Of a DNA stretch of 64,000 nucleotides, positions 18,006-26,494 are shown piece after piece. Position 1 is the first letter of the stretch, and each line of letters opens with the position of its first letter. Both the position numbers and the translations under genes were made by a program. The notes below the pieces were generated by a model. It ran no database searches, was not told the origin of the DNA, and worked only from the letters and a program-made list of their open reading frames with translations. Origin of the DNA: an uncultured Oscillospiraceae bacterium (GTDB taxonomy: Bacteria; Bacillota; Clostridia; Oscillospirales; Oscillospiraceae); the NCBI GenBank assembly GCA_934552825.1, contig CAKTEQ010000001.1, forward strand, positions 390,068-454,067, read 5' to 3'.

Positions 18006-20123
18006 ATGAAGGCTATTATACTTGCCGGCGGCGAGGGCACTCGTCTCAAGCCCATAACGGATAAGATTCCGAAGCCGATGGTGCCGTTCTTCGGCGGCGT
18101 GCTCATGGATCACACCATCGCCCATCTGCGCGCCAACGGCGTGACGGATATCTGCGCGGCGCTGGGGCATCTGCCCGACAGCATACGCCGGCGCTACGGG
18201 AAGGAACTGACATACAGCATAGAGCCGCGCCCGCTCGGCACCGCCGGGAGCGTTGCAGCCGCGCCGGAGGAGTTCCTCCGGGACAGCCTCGTCGTGATAT
18301 CCGGAGACGCCGTGTGCGACTTTGATATTTCCCCCGCGATACAGTGCCACCGTGGCTATGACGCAGCCGTGACCATCCTGACCTGCCGTCACCGTGACCC
18401 CCGCCCCTTTGGTCTTGTGCTCACGGACGGCACTCCCCGGGTTATACAATTCTCGGAGAAGCCGGAGTGGTCCCAGGTATTTACGGATATGGTGAACACA
18501 GGCATATATATAATCTCCCCCAGAGCCATGGAATACGTGCCAAAGGGCGAAAAATTCGATTTTTCCAGAGATCTGTTCCCCCTTCTGCTGGAAAAAGGCG
18601 AGACGATATGCGCCTTCGAGTGCAGCGGCTATTGGCGTGACGTGGGAACGCCCGAGGACTATCTCGCCTGCTGCCGCGACGTGCTTGAAGGCAGAGTGCG
18701 CCTGCCGCTGCTCAAAGGCGTTGGCTTCGAGCCGGAAATTCCCGGCGCGCGTATTATCCCCCCCTGCTTCATAAGCCGGGACTGTATCATAGGAGAAGGC
18801 TCCGTCATCGGGCCCCACGCGGTGCTGCAGGGCGGCGTGACGCTCGGTGAGAACTCCCGCGTTTTCGGAAGCGTTCTTACAGGAATTACGTCAGGCGCCG
18901 GCTTCACGGCGGAGGGGTGCATAGTCTCCCGGGGCACCTCATTCGGTGTCGGCTGCTGCGTCCAGCCCGGCGCCGTTGTGGGCGAGGACTGTGAGTTCTC
19001 CCCCGGCACCGTTGTGGACGGCGGACGCCATTCGGGCGGAGAACACAGCCGGAACAGCTTCACCGTCCGGCAGGCGCTGGAGGCCGGCATGGCCCTGGGC
19101 AGCGGACACAGCCGGGTCGTCATCTGCCATACCGGAGGCGAACGCTGCCCCGTGCACGGGACTATGGCGGCGGGCGGCGCCATGAGCACAGGGTGCTCAG
19201 TCACTATCGCCCAGTGCAGCCACACCTGCGCCGCGAGATATATGGTCCGCCGGCTCGGCGGTGAAGCCGCGCTCTTCATCGAGGAACTCGGCGAGGATAT
19301 CCGCGCGGCAGCCATGGACGGCAGCGGAATGCCCATTCATCTCAAAGGCGGCGCCTCATCATACGGCGGCAGCTTCGGCACTCTGGACAAGGTCTCCGGA
19401 GGAGACGATATCTATTCCGCTCTCGGCGACTGCCGGCATTTCCCTGGTCTGAAGGTGCACTTCGGCGGCACGGGCGGCGCCGCCGAGGCTGCCCGGCGTA
19501 TGGCGCGCACCTGCGGCGGTATCCTGTCCGACAAAGAGGAGGGCGTCCCCTGCTTCTTCATCGGAGACCGGGGGGAGATCGCCCAGATACGGGATGAAAC
19601 CGGCGGGGAATACGCCGCCTCCTCAATATGGGCGATCCTCCTTACGGCACTGCTGCGCTCAGGATACCGGACCCTCGCCATACCGGAGAACGTAAGCTCC
19701 CAGGTGCAGGACTATATACGCGGTCTCGGCGCGGCGCTGCTGATTTTGAACAGGGACCGGGGCGCTGAGGAGGCTTTCCTCAGCATCCGGGAGCTGAACG
19801 ACGGTATCCTCGCGGCGATCTTCCTCTGCGAGTATATGGCGCGTGAAAAGATCACGATGACGGACCTGGCCCGGGATGTGCCCGGCAGCGGGACCGCTCA
19901 GGCGAACGTATCCGTCCCCGAGGGCAGGAGCCGCGCCATGGGGCGGCTCTCCGCCATGCCGCATTTTCCTTCCCGCCGGGGCATATTCTTCCGGGACGAG
20001 CGGGGCGAGGTGCGCATCGTGCCCCGGAGCGACGCGGAGCAGCTGCGGATTTTCGTCAGCGCCCACAGCACGGAGGCAGCACAGGAGCTGTGCGACTTTT
20101 ACAGAAATATTATAGAAAAATAA
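18006..20123 (+). CDS. sugar-phosphate nucleotidyltransferase fused to a left-handed beta-helix and a phosphohexomutase-like C-terminal region
   Basis: N-terminal LAGGEGTRLKPIT..PKPM motif, hexapeptide-repeat middle, mutase-like tail. ATG at 18006 follows AAAGGAG. Confidence 0.8.
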   Translation: MKAIILAGGEGTRLKPITDKIPKPMVPFFGGVLMDHTIAHLRANGVTDICAALGHLPDSIRRRYGKELTYSIEPRPLGTAGSVAAAPEEFLRDSLVVISGDAVCDFDISPAIQCHRGYDAAVTILTCRHRDPRPFGLVLTDGTPRVIQFSEKPEWSQVFTDMVNTGIYIISPRAMEYVPKGEKFDFSRDLFPLLLEKGETICAFECSGYWRDVGTPEDYLACCRDVLEGRVRLPLLKGVGFEPEIPGARIIPPCFISRDCIIGEGSVIGPHAVLQGGVTLGENSRVFGSVLTGITSGAGFTAEGCIVSRGTSFGVGCCVQPGAVVGEDCEFSPGTVVDGGRHSGGEHSRNSFTVRQALEAGMALGSGHSRVVICHTGGERCPVHGTMAAGGAMSTGCSVTIAQCSHTCAARYMVRRLGGEAALFIEELGEDIRAAAMDGSGMPIHLKGGASSYGGSFGTLDKVSGGDDIYSALGDCRHFPGLKVHFGGTGGAAEAARRMARTCGGILSDKEEGVPCFFIGDRGEIAQIRDETGGEYAASSIWAILLTALLRSGYRTLAIPENVSSQVQDYIRGLGAALLILNRDRGAEEAFLSIRELNDGILAAIFLCEYMAREKITMTDLARDVPGSGTAQANVSVPEGRSRAMGRLSAMPHFPSRRGIFFRDERGEVRIVPRSDAEQLRIFVSAHSTEAAQELCDFYRNIIEK

Positions 20124-20126
20124 GCA

Positions 20127-20162
20127 AACGTCTCCCCGAACCCTGAAGCTCGGGGAGACGTT
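20127..20162. terminator. bidirectional terminator hairpin
   Basis: 13-bp stem aacgtctccccga/tcggggagacgtt between convergent genes. Confidence 0.65.
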
Positions 20163-20165
20163 AAT

Positions 20166-21176
20166 TCAAACTATTACGCCGGCGGCGAGGACTATGTCCC
20201 CGTCGTACATAACGGCGCTCTGCCCCGCCGTCGGGGCGCGCACCGGCGTTTCAAAAACGAGCCTTGCTCCGCCGCTTATGGGCGTCAGTTCCGCGGGTGT
20301 CTCCGTCTTGGAGTGGCGCACACGGACGGTGCATTTCACCGGTCCGCAGGGGCGCTCTATGCTTACCCAGTTCACCTCAGGCAGCGTCAGCTCCCTTAGG
20401 AAGATGTCGTCCCCTTCGCTGAGCGTCACCTGGTTTTTCTCCGGGTCTATGCGGCTTACGAACATACGTCTGCCCAGAGCTATTCCGAGCCCCCGGCGCT
20501 GCCCCACTGTATAGCGGTGGATGCCCCGGTGTCTTCCGAGGACGTTCCCGGCGGGGTCAACAAAGTCCCCTGCGGGCAGACCTCCCACCCGTTCCTCAAT
20601 AAACCTGCCATAGTCTCCGTCCGGTATGAAGCATATCTCCATACTGTCAGGCTTGTCCGCCACGGAGAGACCTATCTCCCGGGCGGCGGCGCGGATCTCC
20701 GCCTTGTTCATATTTCCGAGGGGAAATTTTATCCGCAGAAGCTGCTCCTGGGTAAGAGACGAGAGCATATAGCTCTGGTCGTTCTCGTGCCGCCCCCGGA
20801 GGAGACGCGCCCTGCCGTCAACGATCTCTGTGCGGGCATAGTGCCCCGTCGCCGCGTACTTCGCGCCTATCTCATCCGCTACCCCGAAGAGTGTGGGAAA
20901 CTTGACCGACGGGTTGCACATTATGCAGGGATTCGGCGTCTCCCCACGGAGATATGCCTGTGTGAAGGGCTCCTTTACGAATTTTTCAAGGCTCTCCCGC
21001 ACGTCAACTCTTCTGAAGCCGATGCCCAGCGTCCGGGCGACGCTCTCCGCGTCCTTTCCGTCGTCGCAGCCGGTGACAAGGAACACGCCCGTAACGTCCC
21101 ACCCCGCCGTTTTCAGCAGGTGCGCCGCCACGGAGCTGTCCACCCCGCCGCTGAGCCCAAGAACGATTTTTTCCAT
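20166..21176 (-). CDS. mnmA: tRNA 2-thiouridine(34) synthase
   Basis: PP-loop LGLSGGVDSSV and a conserved Cys-containing core; 336 aa. Confidence 0.9.
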   Translation of the reverse strand: MEKIVLGLSGGVDSSVAAHLLKTAGWDVTGVFLVTGCDDGKDAESVARTLGIGFRRVDVRESLEKFVKEPFTQAYLRGETPNPCIMCNPSVKFPTLFGVADEIGAKYAATGHYARTEIVDGRARLLRGRHENDQSYMLSSLTQEQLLRIKFPLGNMNKAEIRAAAREIGLSVADKPDSMEICFIPDGDYGRFIEERVGGLPAGDFVDPAGNVLGRHRGIHRYTVGQRRGLGIALGRRMFVSRIDPEKNQVTLSEGDDIFLRELTLPEVNWVSIERPCGPVKCTVRVRHSKTETPAELTPISGGARLVFETPVRAPTAGQSAVMYDGDIVLAAGVIV

Positions 21177-21180
21177 AGCC

Positions 21181-23040
21181 TTACCCCAAGTATATCATCA
21201 GCGCCGTCATGTCCGCCGGGGAGACTCCGGAGATCCTTGATGCCTGTCCCATATTGAGGGGACGCACAGCGCTGAGCTTCTGCCGCGCCTCAAGACGCAG
21301 CCCTTCTATCCTGTTATAGTCGATGTCCTCCGGGAGCAGCCGCGTCTCCATGCGGCGCATCTGCTCCACATGGCGCATGGCTCTGTCGATATATCCCTCA
21401 TATTTTATGGATATCTCCACCTGCTCTGTCACCTCCCGGCTGAGCGCTGGACGCGCAGGGTCGAAGGGTGCGAGGATATCATAATTGAGCTGGGGCCGCT
21501 TTATAAGCTCGCTGAGGCGGATGCCCGTTGTGACGCTTTTTGTGCCCCGGGACTCCATAAGGCGGGTCAGCTCCTCCCCCGCATGGACCGTGATGCCGCG
21601 CACTCTGTCTATCTCCCGCTCCACAGCGGCATACTTCTCCAGCATTTTCTCGTACCGCTCCCGGCTCACAAGCCCCACCCCGTATCCCACGGGCATGAGC
21701 CGCCGGTCCGCATTATCCTGCCTGTGGAGCAGGCGGTACTCGCTGCGGGAAGTCATCATTCTGTAGGGCTCATTCGTCCCCTTCGTGACGAGATCGTCTA
21801 TCAGCGCGCCTATATAGCCCATGTCCCTTGTTATCACCATGGCCTTTTCTCCCTTAAGGCGCATGGCAGCGTTGATACCCGCCACAAGTCCCTGAGCCGC
21901 CGCCTCCTCATAGCCGGAGGTGCCGTTGAACTGACCGGCGCCATATAGATTCTTGACTTTTTTCACTTCCAGTGTCGGCCTCAGCTCCAGAGGATTTATG
22001 CAGTCGTACTCGATGGCGTATGCCGAGCGCATCATCTCCGCATTTTCAAGTCCCGGTATCGTATGGAGCATCTCCAGCTGCACGTCCTCCGGCATAGAAG
22101 ATGAGAAGCCCTGGATATAGACCTCCTCCGTGTCAAGGCCCATCGGCTCGATAAATAGCTGGTGGCGGGGCTTATCCGCAAAGCGCACCACCTTGTCCTC
22201 GATGGAGGGGCAGTATCTCGGCCCGATACCCTCTATTACTCCGGAATAAAGCGGAGAGCGGTCCAGATTTTTTCTTATAACGGCGTGGGTCGCCTCATTC
22301 GTATAGGTGAGGTAGCACACAGCTCTGTTCTCCGGAGGGATCTCCGTACTGAAGGAGAAGGGCACGACCACATCGTCCCCCCGCTGGAGCTCCATTTTTG
22401 AGTAATCTATACTCCGGGCGTTAACTCTCGGGGGCGTCCCCGTCTTGAAGCGCCGCAGGTCGAGCCCCATGGCGAGCAGGCTCCCCGTAAGCCCCTCCGC
22501 CGCGAACATTCCGTCAGGTCCGCCGGAGCGCACAACATCCCCCACGATGGTGCGTCCCGAGAGATATGTCCCGGAGCATATGACGGCAGCTTTCACCTTA
22601 TATATCCCGCCGGTGGCGGTACGCACAAAGCTCACAGCGCCGTTTTCCGTGCCTATCTCCGTTATCTCTCCCTGCTTGAGGGTGAGGTTTTCCTGCAGCT
22701 CAAGAGTGTGCTTCATCACCTTCTGATATTCTCTGCGGTCCGCCTGAGCTCGGAGAGAGTGGACTGCGGGACCCTTGCCCCGGTTGAGCATTCTGTACTG
22801 AATGCAGGCTCTGTCCGCGGCGCGGCCCATCTCGCCCCCCAGGGCGTCCAGTTCCCGGACAAGGTGGCCCTTCCCCGTGCCTCCTATGGCGGGGTTGCAG
22901 GGCATATTGCCCACCGCGTCCAGGTTTATGGTGAAGCACACCGTTTTCATTCCCAGGCGGGCGGCTGCCAGCGCCGCCTCGATGCCCGCGTGGCCCGCGC
23001 CTATGACGGCTATATCGAATTCTCCCGCATTATAGTTCAT
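21181..23040 (-). CDS. mnmG: tRNA uridine 5-carboxymethylaminomethyl modification enzyme
   Basis: FAD motif [12 protein letters not shown] and full-length GidA-type sequence; 619 aa. Confidence 0.95.
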   Translation of the reverse strand: MNYNAGEFDIAVIGAGHAGIEAALAAARLGMKTVCFTINLDAVGNMPCNPAIGGTGKGHLVRELDALGGEMGRAADRACIQYRMLNRGKGPAVHSLRAQADRREYQKVMKHTLELQENLTLKQGEITEIGTENGAVSFVRTATGGIYKVKAAVICSGTYLSGRTIVGDVVRSGGPDGMFAAEGLTGSLLAMGLDLRRFKTGTPPRVNARSIDYSKMELQRGDDVVVPFSFSTEIPPENRAVCYLTYTNEATHAVIRKNLDRSPLYSGVIEGIGPRYCPSIEDKVVRFADKPRHQLFIEPMGLDTEEVYIQGFSSSMPEDVQLEMLHTIPGLENAEMMRSAYAIEYDCINPLELRPTLEVKKVKNLYGAGQFNGTSGYEEAAAQGLVAGINAAMRLKGEKAMVITRDMGYIGALIDDLVTKGTNEPYRMMTSRSEYRLLHRQDNADRRLMPVGYGVGLVSRERYEKMLEKYAAVEREIDRVRGITVHAGEELTRLMESRGTKSVTTGIRLSELIKRPQLNYDILAPFDPARPALSREVTEQVEISIKYEGYIDRAMRHVEQMRRMETRLLPEDIDYNRIEGLRLEARQKLSAVRPLNMGQASRISGVSPADMTALMIYLG

Positions 23041-23112
23041 GATCTCATCCCCTACGTAATTACGCCCCCCGTCGCTGCGACGGGAGGCGTCGGTTTCAAG
23101 TCGGACAATATG

Positions 23113-23568
23113 TTATATTTCCCTGTCGTCTACCTTGGAGATAACATCCAGAAGGACATTTGCCGCGTTTGTGATGTTGTTCTTTTCCTCTTCGGTGAGG
23201 CTGTCCACCATAGTAGCGAAAGTGTCCACAGCGTATCTGATGTAGTCATCCAGCAGCTTCTCCCCCTCGGGAGTGATGCGGATATACACCGTGCGGCGGT
23301 TGTTCTCCAGCTGGAATCGCTCCAGTATCCCCCGGCGTACCAATGTGTCTATAAATCTCGTGAGGTGCTGCTTTGACATATGCAGGCGCACGGATATCTG
23401 ATGCATCGCCAGAGGCCCGCAGTCTCTCAGCAAAAACAGCGCCTGGATCTGAAGATGGGTGAGTGTCTCATCCGCGAAGTAACGTATATTCCGGCTGAAT
23501 TTACCCTGATAAATGGGCTCCAGGCGTATCATCGCCTCTGCCGCCTTGATGCTGCTTTTTGTTGCCAT
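23113..23568 (-). CDS. MarR-family transcriptional regulator
   Basis: Winged-HTH region (HLTRFIDTLVRRGILER..NRRTVYIRITPEG); 151 aa. Confidence 0.85.
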   Translation of the reverse strand: MATKSSIKAAEAMIRLEPIYQGKFSRNIRYFADETLTHLQIQALFLLRDCGPLAMHQISVRLHMSKQHLTRFIDTLVRRGILERFQLENNRRTVYIRITPEGEKLLDDYIRYAVDTFATMVDSLTEEEKNNITNAANVLLDVISKVDDREI

Positions 23569-23750
23569 AATTATATCCTCTCATTCCCCGCCCCACGGGG
23601 CGGAATGCGCGAAAATTTTAACTGTAAATTATGCTTTATGATAACACGCCGCTCAAGTTTCGCGCAAGAGAATATTTCCCCGTGAAGTAAATTCCGTGTT
23701 TCTCCCCTGTTTTCTCCGCCGCGGTCGTCTAAATCTGTGCAATATATACA

Positions 23751-23782
23751 TAAAGTCCCCGGAACGGAACGTCCGGAGACTT
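23751..23782 (-). terminator. terminator-like hairpin after the phosphatase gene
   Basis: 12-bp stem with one mismatch, followed by a U/A-rich tract on the minus strand. Confidence 0.5.
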
Positions 23783-23795
23783 TATGTCACTCAAC

Positions 23796-24527
23796 TCACT
23801 CAACAAATTTTGCCCTGATCTTCTCTATGGTCTCATCGCTGACTCCGCAGGTTCGGATATAGTCAGTCACGCTGCCGTATTTCCCCTCGAGATAGTCGAT
23901 GGTGTCGCCCATGGCGTCCGGAGGCGTAAGCCGGAATTTCGGTTCGAGGGGGCCTCCGAAGTCGATAGTATCATACACATCCCTCATATAGATCATGGAC
24001 ACGCAGTAATCCGCGACGATATCCTCCTTGTCCACCCCCGCTATGCTCAGAAGGAGCATCGTGCAAAGCCCCGTGCGATCCTTGCCCGTGGTGCAGTTAT
24101 AGAGGCACGCCCCCTCCGCCCGGGCGGCTGTCTCTATTATTTTCTTCGTCCAGTCCTTGAAATTATCCAGCATATCGCAGTAAACAGTCTGCCAGTCCTG
24201 GAATACGAATTCCTTTTTCTCCTTTTTTGTCTGCGCCTGGGGTGCCACCTGCCCGCTGCCGAACATGGGCAGGATGTGGTAATCCACGAAATCCAGGCAG
24301 CTCATGTAGTTCTTTATTCTCTGCAGCTCGCCGCTGCTGCGGAAATCCATGCAGTCGGTCACGCCGTAGTTCCTGAAAAACTCTATATCTTCCGCCGGCA
24401 GGTCGCGGGGTATCTCGCAGCGCAGGAACACTCCGTATTTTGTGACCGCGCCGTCCTTTGTGGGAAATCCGCCCAATTCCCTGCAATTTTTCAGGCTTTT
24501 AAGCGGTAATCTGCGGTAATTTGTCAT
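23796..24527 (-). CDS. protein-tyrosine phosphatase family protein (Y_phosphatase3-like)
   Basis: CX5R P-loop NCTTGKDRTG; 243 aa. Confidence 0.75.
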   Translation of the reverse strand: MTNYRRLPLKSLKNCRELGGFPTKDGAVTKYGVFLRCEIPRDLPAEDIEFFRNYGVTDCMDFRSSGELQRIKNYMSCLDFVDYHILPMFGSGQVAPQAQTKKEKKEFVFQDWQTVYCDMLDNFKDWTKKIIETAARAEGACLYNCTTGKDRTGLCTMLLLSIAGVDKEDIVADYCVSMIYMRDVYDTIDFGGPLEPKFRLTPPDAMGDTIDYLEGKYGSVTDYIRTCGVSDETIEKIRAKFVE

Positions 24528-24540
24528 TTTTTCCCCTTTC

Positions 24541-26472
24541 TTATACTCTGCCGAACAGCTTGTCCAGCTTATACTTTGTTATCTCCACGGCGACCGGTCT
24601 TCCATGGGGGCAGTACTTGACCTCCCCCGTGAGCACCTTGCCCACAAGAGCTTCCAGCTCCCTCATGTCGCTCTTCCGCCCGGCCTTTATAGCCGCCTTG
24701 CATGCGACCGTCGCGAGGACGTGGTCCCGGGCGTCCTGATCCGCATTGCCCCGTCCGGCGAGCTCCCCCGCTATCTCTTCCACGGCGGATTGGACCTGGC
24801 CGAAATCCATATCCGCCGGACAGGTACGCACGGCTATGCTCCCGCCGCCGAAGTCCTCCAGCTCAAAGCCGAACCTCTCCAGCAGAGCGCTGTTCTCCAT
24901 GAGCGCCGCAAATTCCTCTCCGGTGGGCCTCAGTATCGCGGGCGTCAGCATCGTCTGGCGCATCACGTCCCCCACGCTGGCTTTTGTCTTGTCATAGAGT
25001 ATCCGCTCATGGCAGGCGTGCTTGTCGATAAGAAGTATCTTCCCCTCCTGCTCTACCACGATATACGTTGTGAGTATCTCCCCCACCACCCGGAATGGCG
25101 GGCACTGGGCGGGCATCTCTTCCTCCAGAGTCATCTGCTTCTCTTCCGCGCTTTCGCTCTCCGGTGCGGGGAGCTCCTCCCGGCTCTGCCGCTGGAGCAG
25201 CTCGTCTCTCACTTCTGTCTCCGTCATGCGCTCGTAGGGCGAACGCTCGCTGTTGAAACGTATCTGCGCGCCCATGCGCTGGGTGCCCGGAGTGAGGGGC
25301 TGGATCGGCGCCCTCTTCTCCTCCCGGACCGTGGGCTGGAACCTGACAGTTCCCGGATCATATGTCTGCCGTATCTCCGTCTCCCGTGGCGTCCGGGCGA
25401 TCTCCTCCCTGAAGCGCTCCGCAGTCATGCTCCGGAAAAAGTCCTCCCGGGGCTGCGCTTTTTGAGCCGGAGGCGTTATGGTCTGTTCTCCGTCAAGGGC
25501 CTCGAATGCCGCGCCGTACACAGCGTCGCAGACGCTCTTGCCGTTGAAGAAGCGCACCTCGGTCTTCGCCGGGTGGACGTTCACGTCCACGGCGGAGAGC
25601 TTCATCTTTATCATCAGCACGCACACCGGGAATTTCCCCACCATGGCGCGGTTCTTGTATGCCGCCTCAAGGCTCGCCGTGAGGGCTGGCGCCTTTATGC
25701 ACCTGCCGTTTACGAAGAAATACTGCATCGCCCGGTTGCCCCGGCAGGCGGTGGGTTTACCCACGAAACCCGTCACCTCGATGTCCTCTCCGGACCAGCG
25801 CACGCTCTCCATATTGAGCGCAACATCCCTGCCGAGGACGCTGTAAACGCAGTTTTTCAACACGTTGTCCCCCGCGGTATAGAGCTCTTCTTTGCCGTCT
25901 CTTATGTACTTTATGGACACCTCCGGGTGGCTCAGCGCTTCATTGACGACAGCTATGCGCACGGCTCCGGCTTCCGCGGCATCCCTCTTCATGAATTTCA
26001 TTCTTGCGGGCGTATTGAAGAACAGGTCCCGCACCACCATGGTCGTGCCCGGCGGGCAGGCGGCGTCCTCCTCCTGCAGAACCTCGCCTCCCTCGACAGT
26101 GACTGCTGTGCCAAAGGGCGCATCAGGCTCACGGGTGAGCATTTCCACCCGGCTGACGGCGCTTATGGCGGCGAGAGCTTCCCCCCGGAAGCCCAGAGTG
26201 CCTATGTGTTCCAGATCCTCCTGATTTCTTATCTTGCTCGTGGCGTGGCGGAGAAATGCCGTTCTGGCGTCCTCCCGGCTCATGCCGCAGCCGTTGTCCG
26301 CCACGCGGATATATGTCATGCCCCCCTGCTGTATCTCTACGGTGCAGGCGGTCGCCCCGGCGTCGATGGCGTTCTCCAGCAGTTCTTTTACCACGCTTGC
26401 CGGTCTCTCCACCACCTCGCCCGCGGCGATAAGGTCCGCCATAAAGGGCGGCAGTACGTTGATTTTGCTCAT
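24541..26472 (-). CDS. mutL: DNA mismatch repair protein MutL
   Basis: GHKL ATPase N-terminus (IAAGEVVERPASVVKELLENAIDAG) and a C-terminal dimerisation/endonuclease region. Confidence 0.95.
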   Translation of the reverse strand: MSKINVLPPFMADLIAAGEVVERPASVVKELLENAIDAGATACTVEIQQGGMTYIRVADNGCGMSREDARTAFLRHATSKIRNQEDLEHIGTLGFRGEALAAISAVSRVEMLTREPDAPFGTAVTVEGGEVLQEEDAACPPGTTMVVRDLFFNTPARMKFMKRDAAEAGAVRIAVVNEALSHPEVSIKYIRDGKEELYTAGDNVLKNCVYSVLGRDVALNMESVRWSGEDIEVTGFVGKPTACRGNRAMQYFFVNGRCIKAPALTASLEAAYKNRAMVGKFPVCVLMIKMKLSAVDVNVHPAKTEVRFFNGKSVCDAVYGAAFEALDGEQTITPPAQKAQPREDFFRSMTAERFREEIARTPRETEIRQTYDPGTVRFQPTVREEKRAPIQPLTPGTQRMGAQIRFNSERSPYERMTETEVRDELLQRQSREELPAPESESAEEKQMTLEEEMPAQCPPFRVVGEILTTYIVVEQEGKILLIDKHACHERILYDKTKASVGDVMRQTMLTPAILRPTGEEFAALMENSALLERFGFELEDFGGGSIAVRTCPADMDFGQVQSAVEEIAGELAGRGNADQDARDHVLATVACKAAIKAGRKSDMRELEALVGKVLTGEVKYCPHGRPVAVEITKYKLDKLFGRV

Positions 26473-26494
26473 GAGCGAACCTCCCTTGCTGTGC

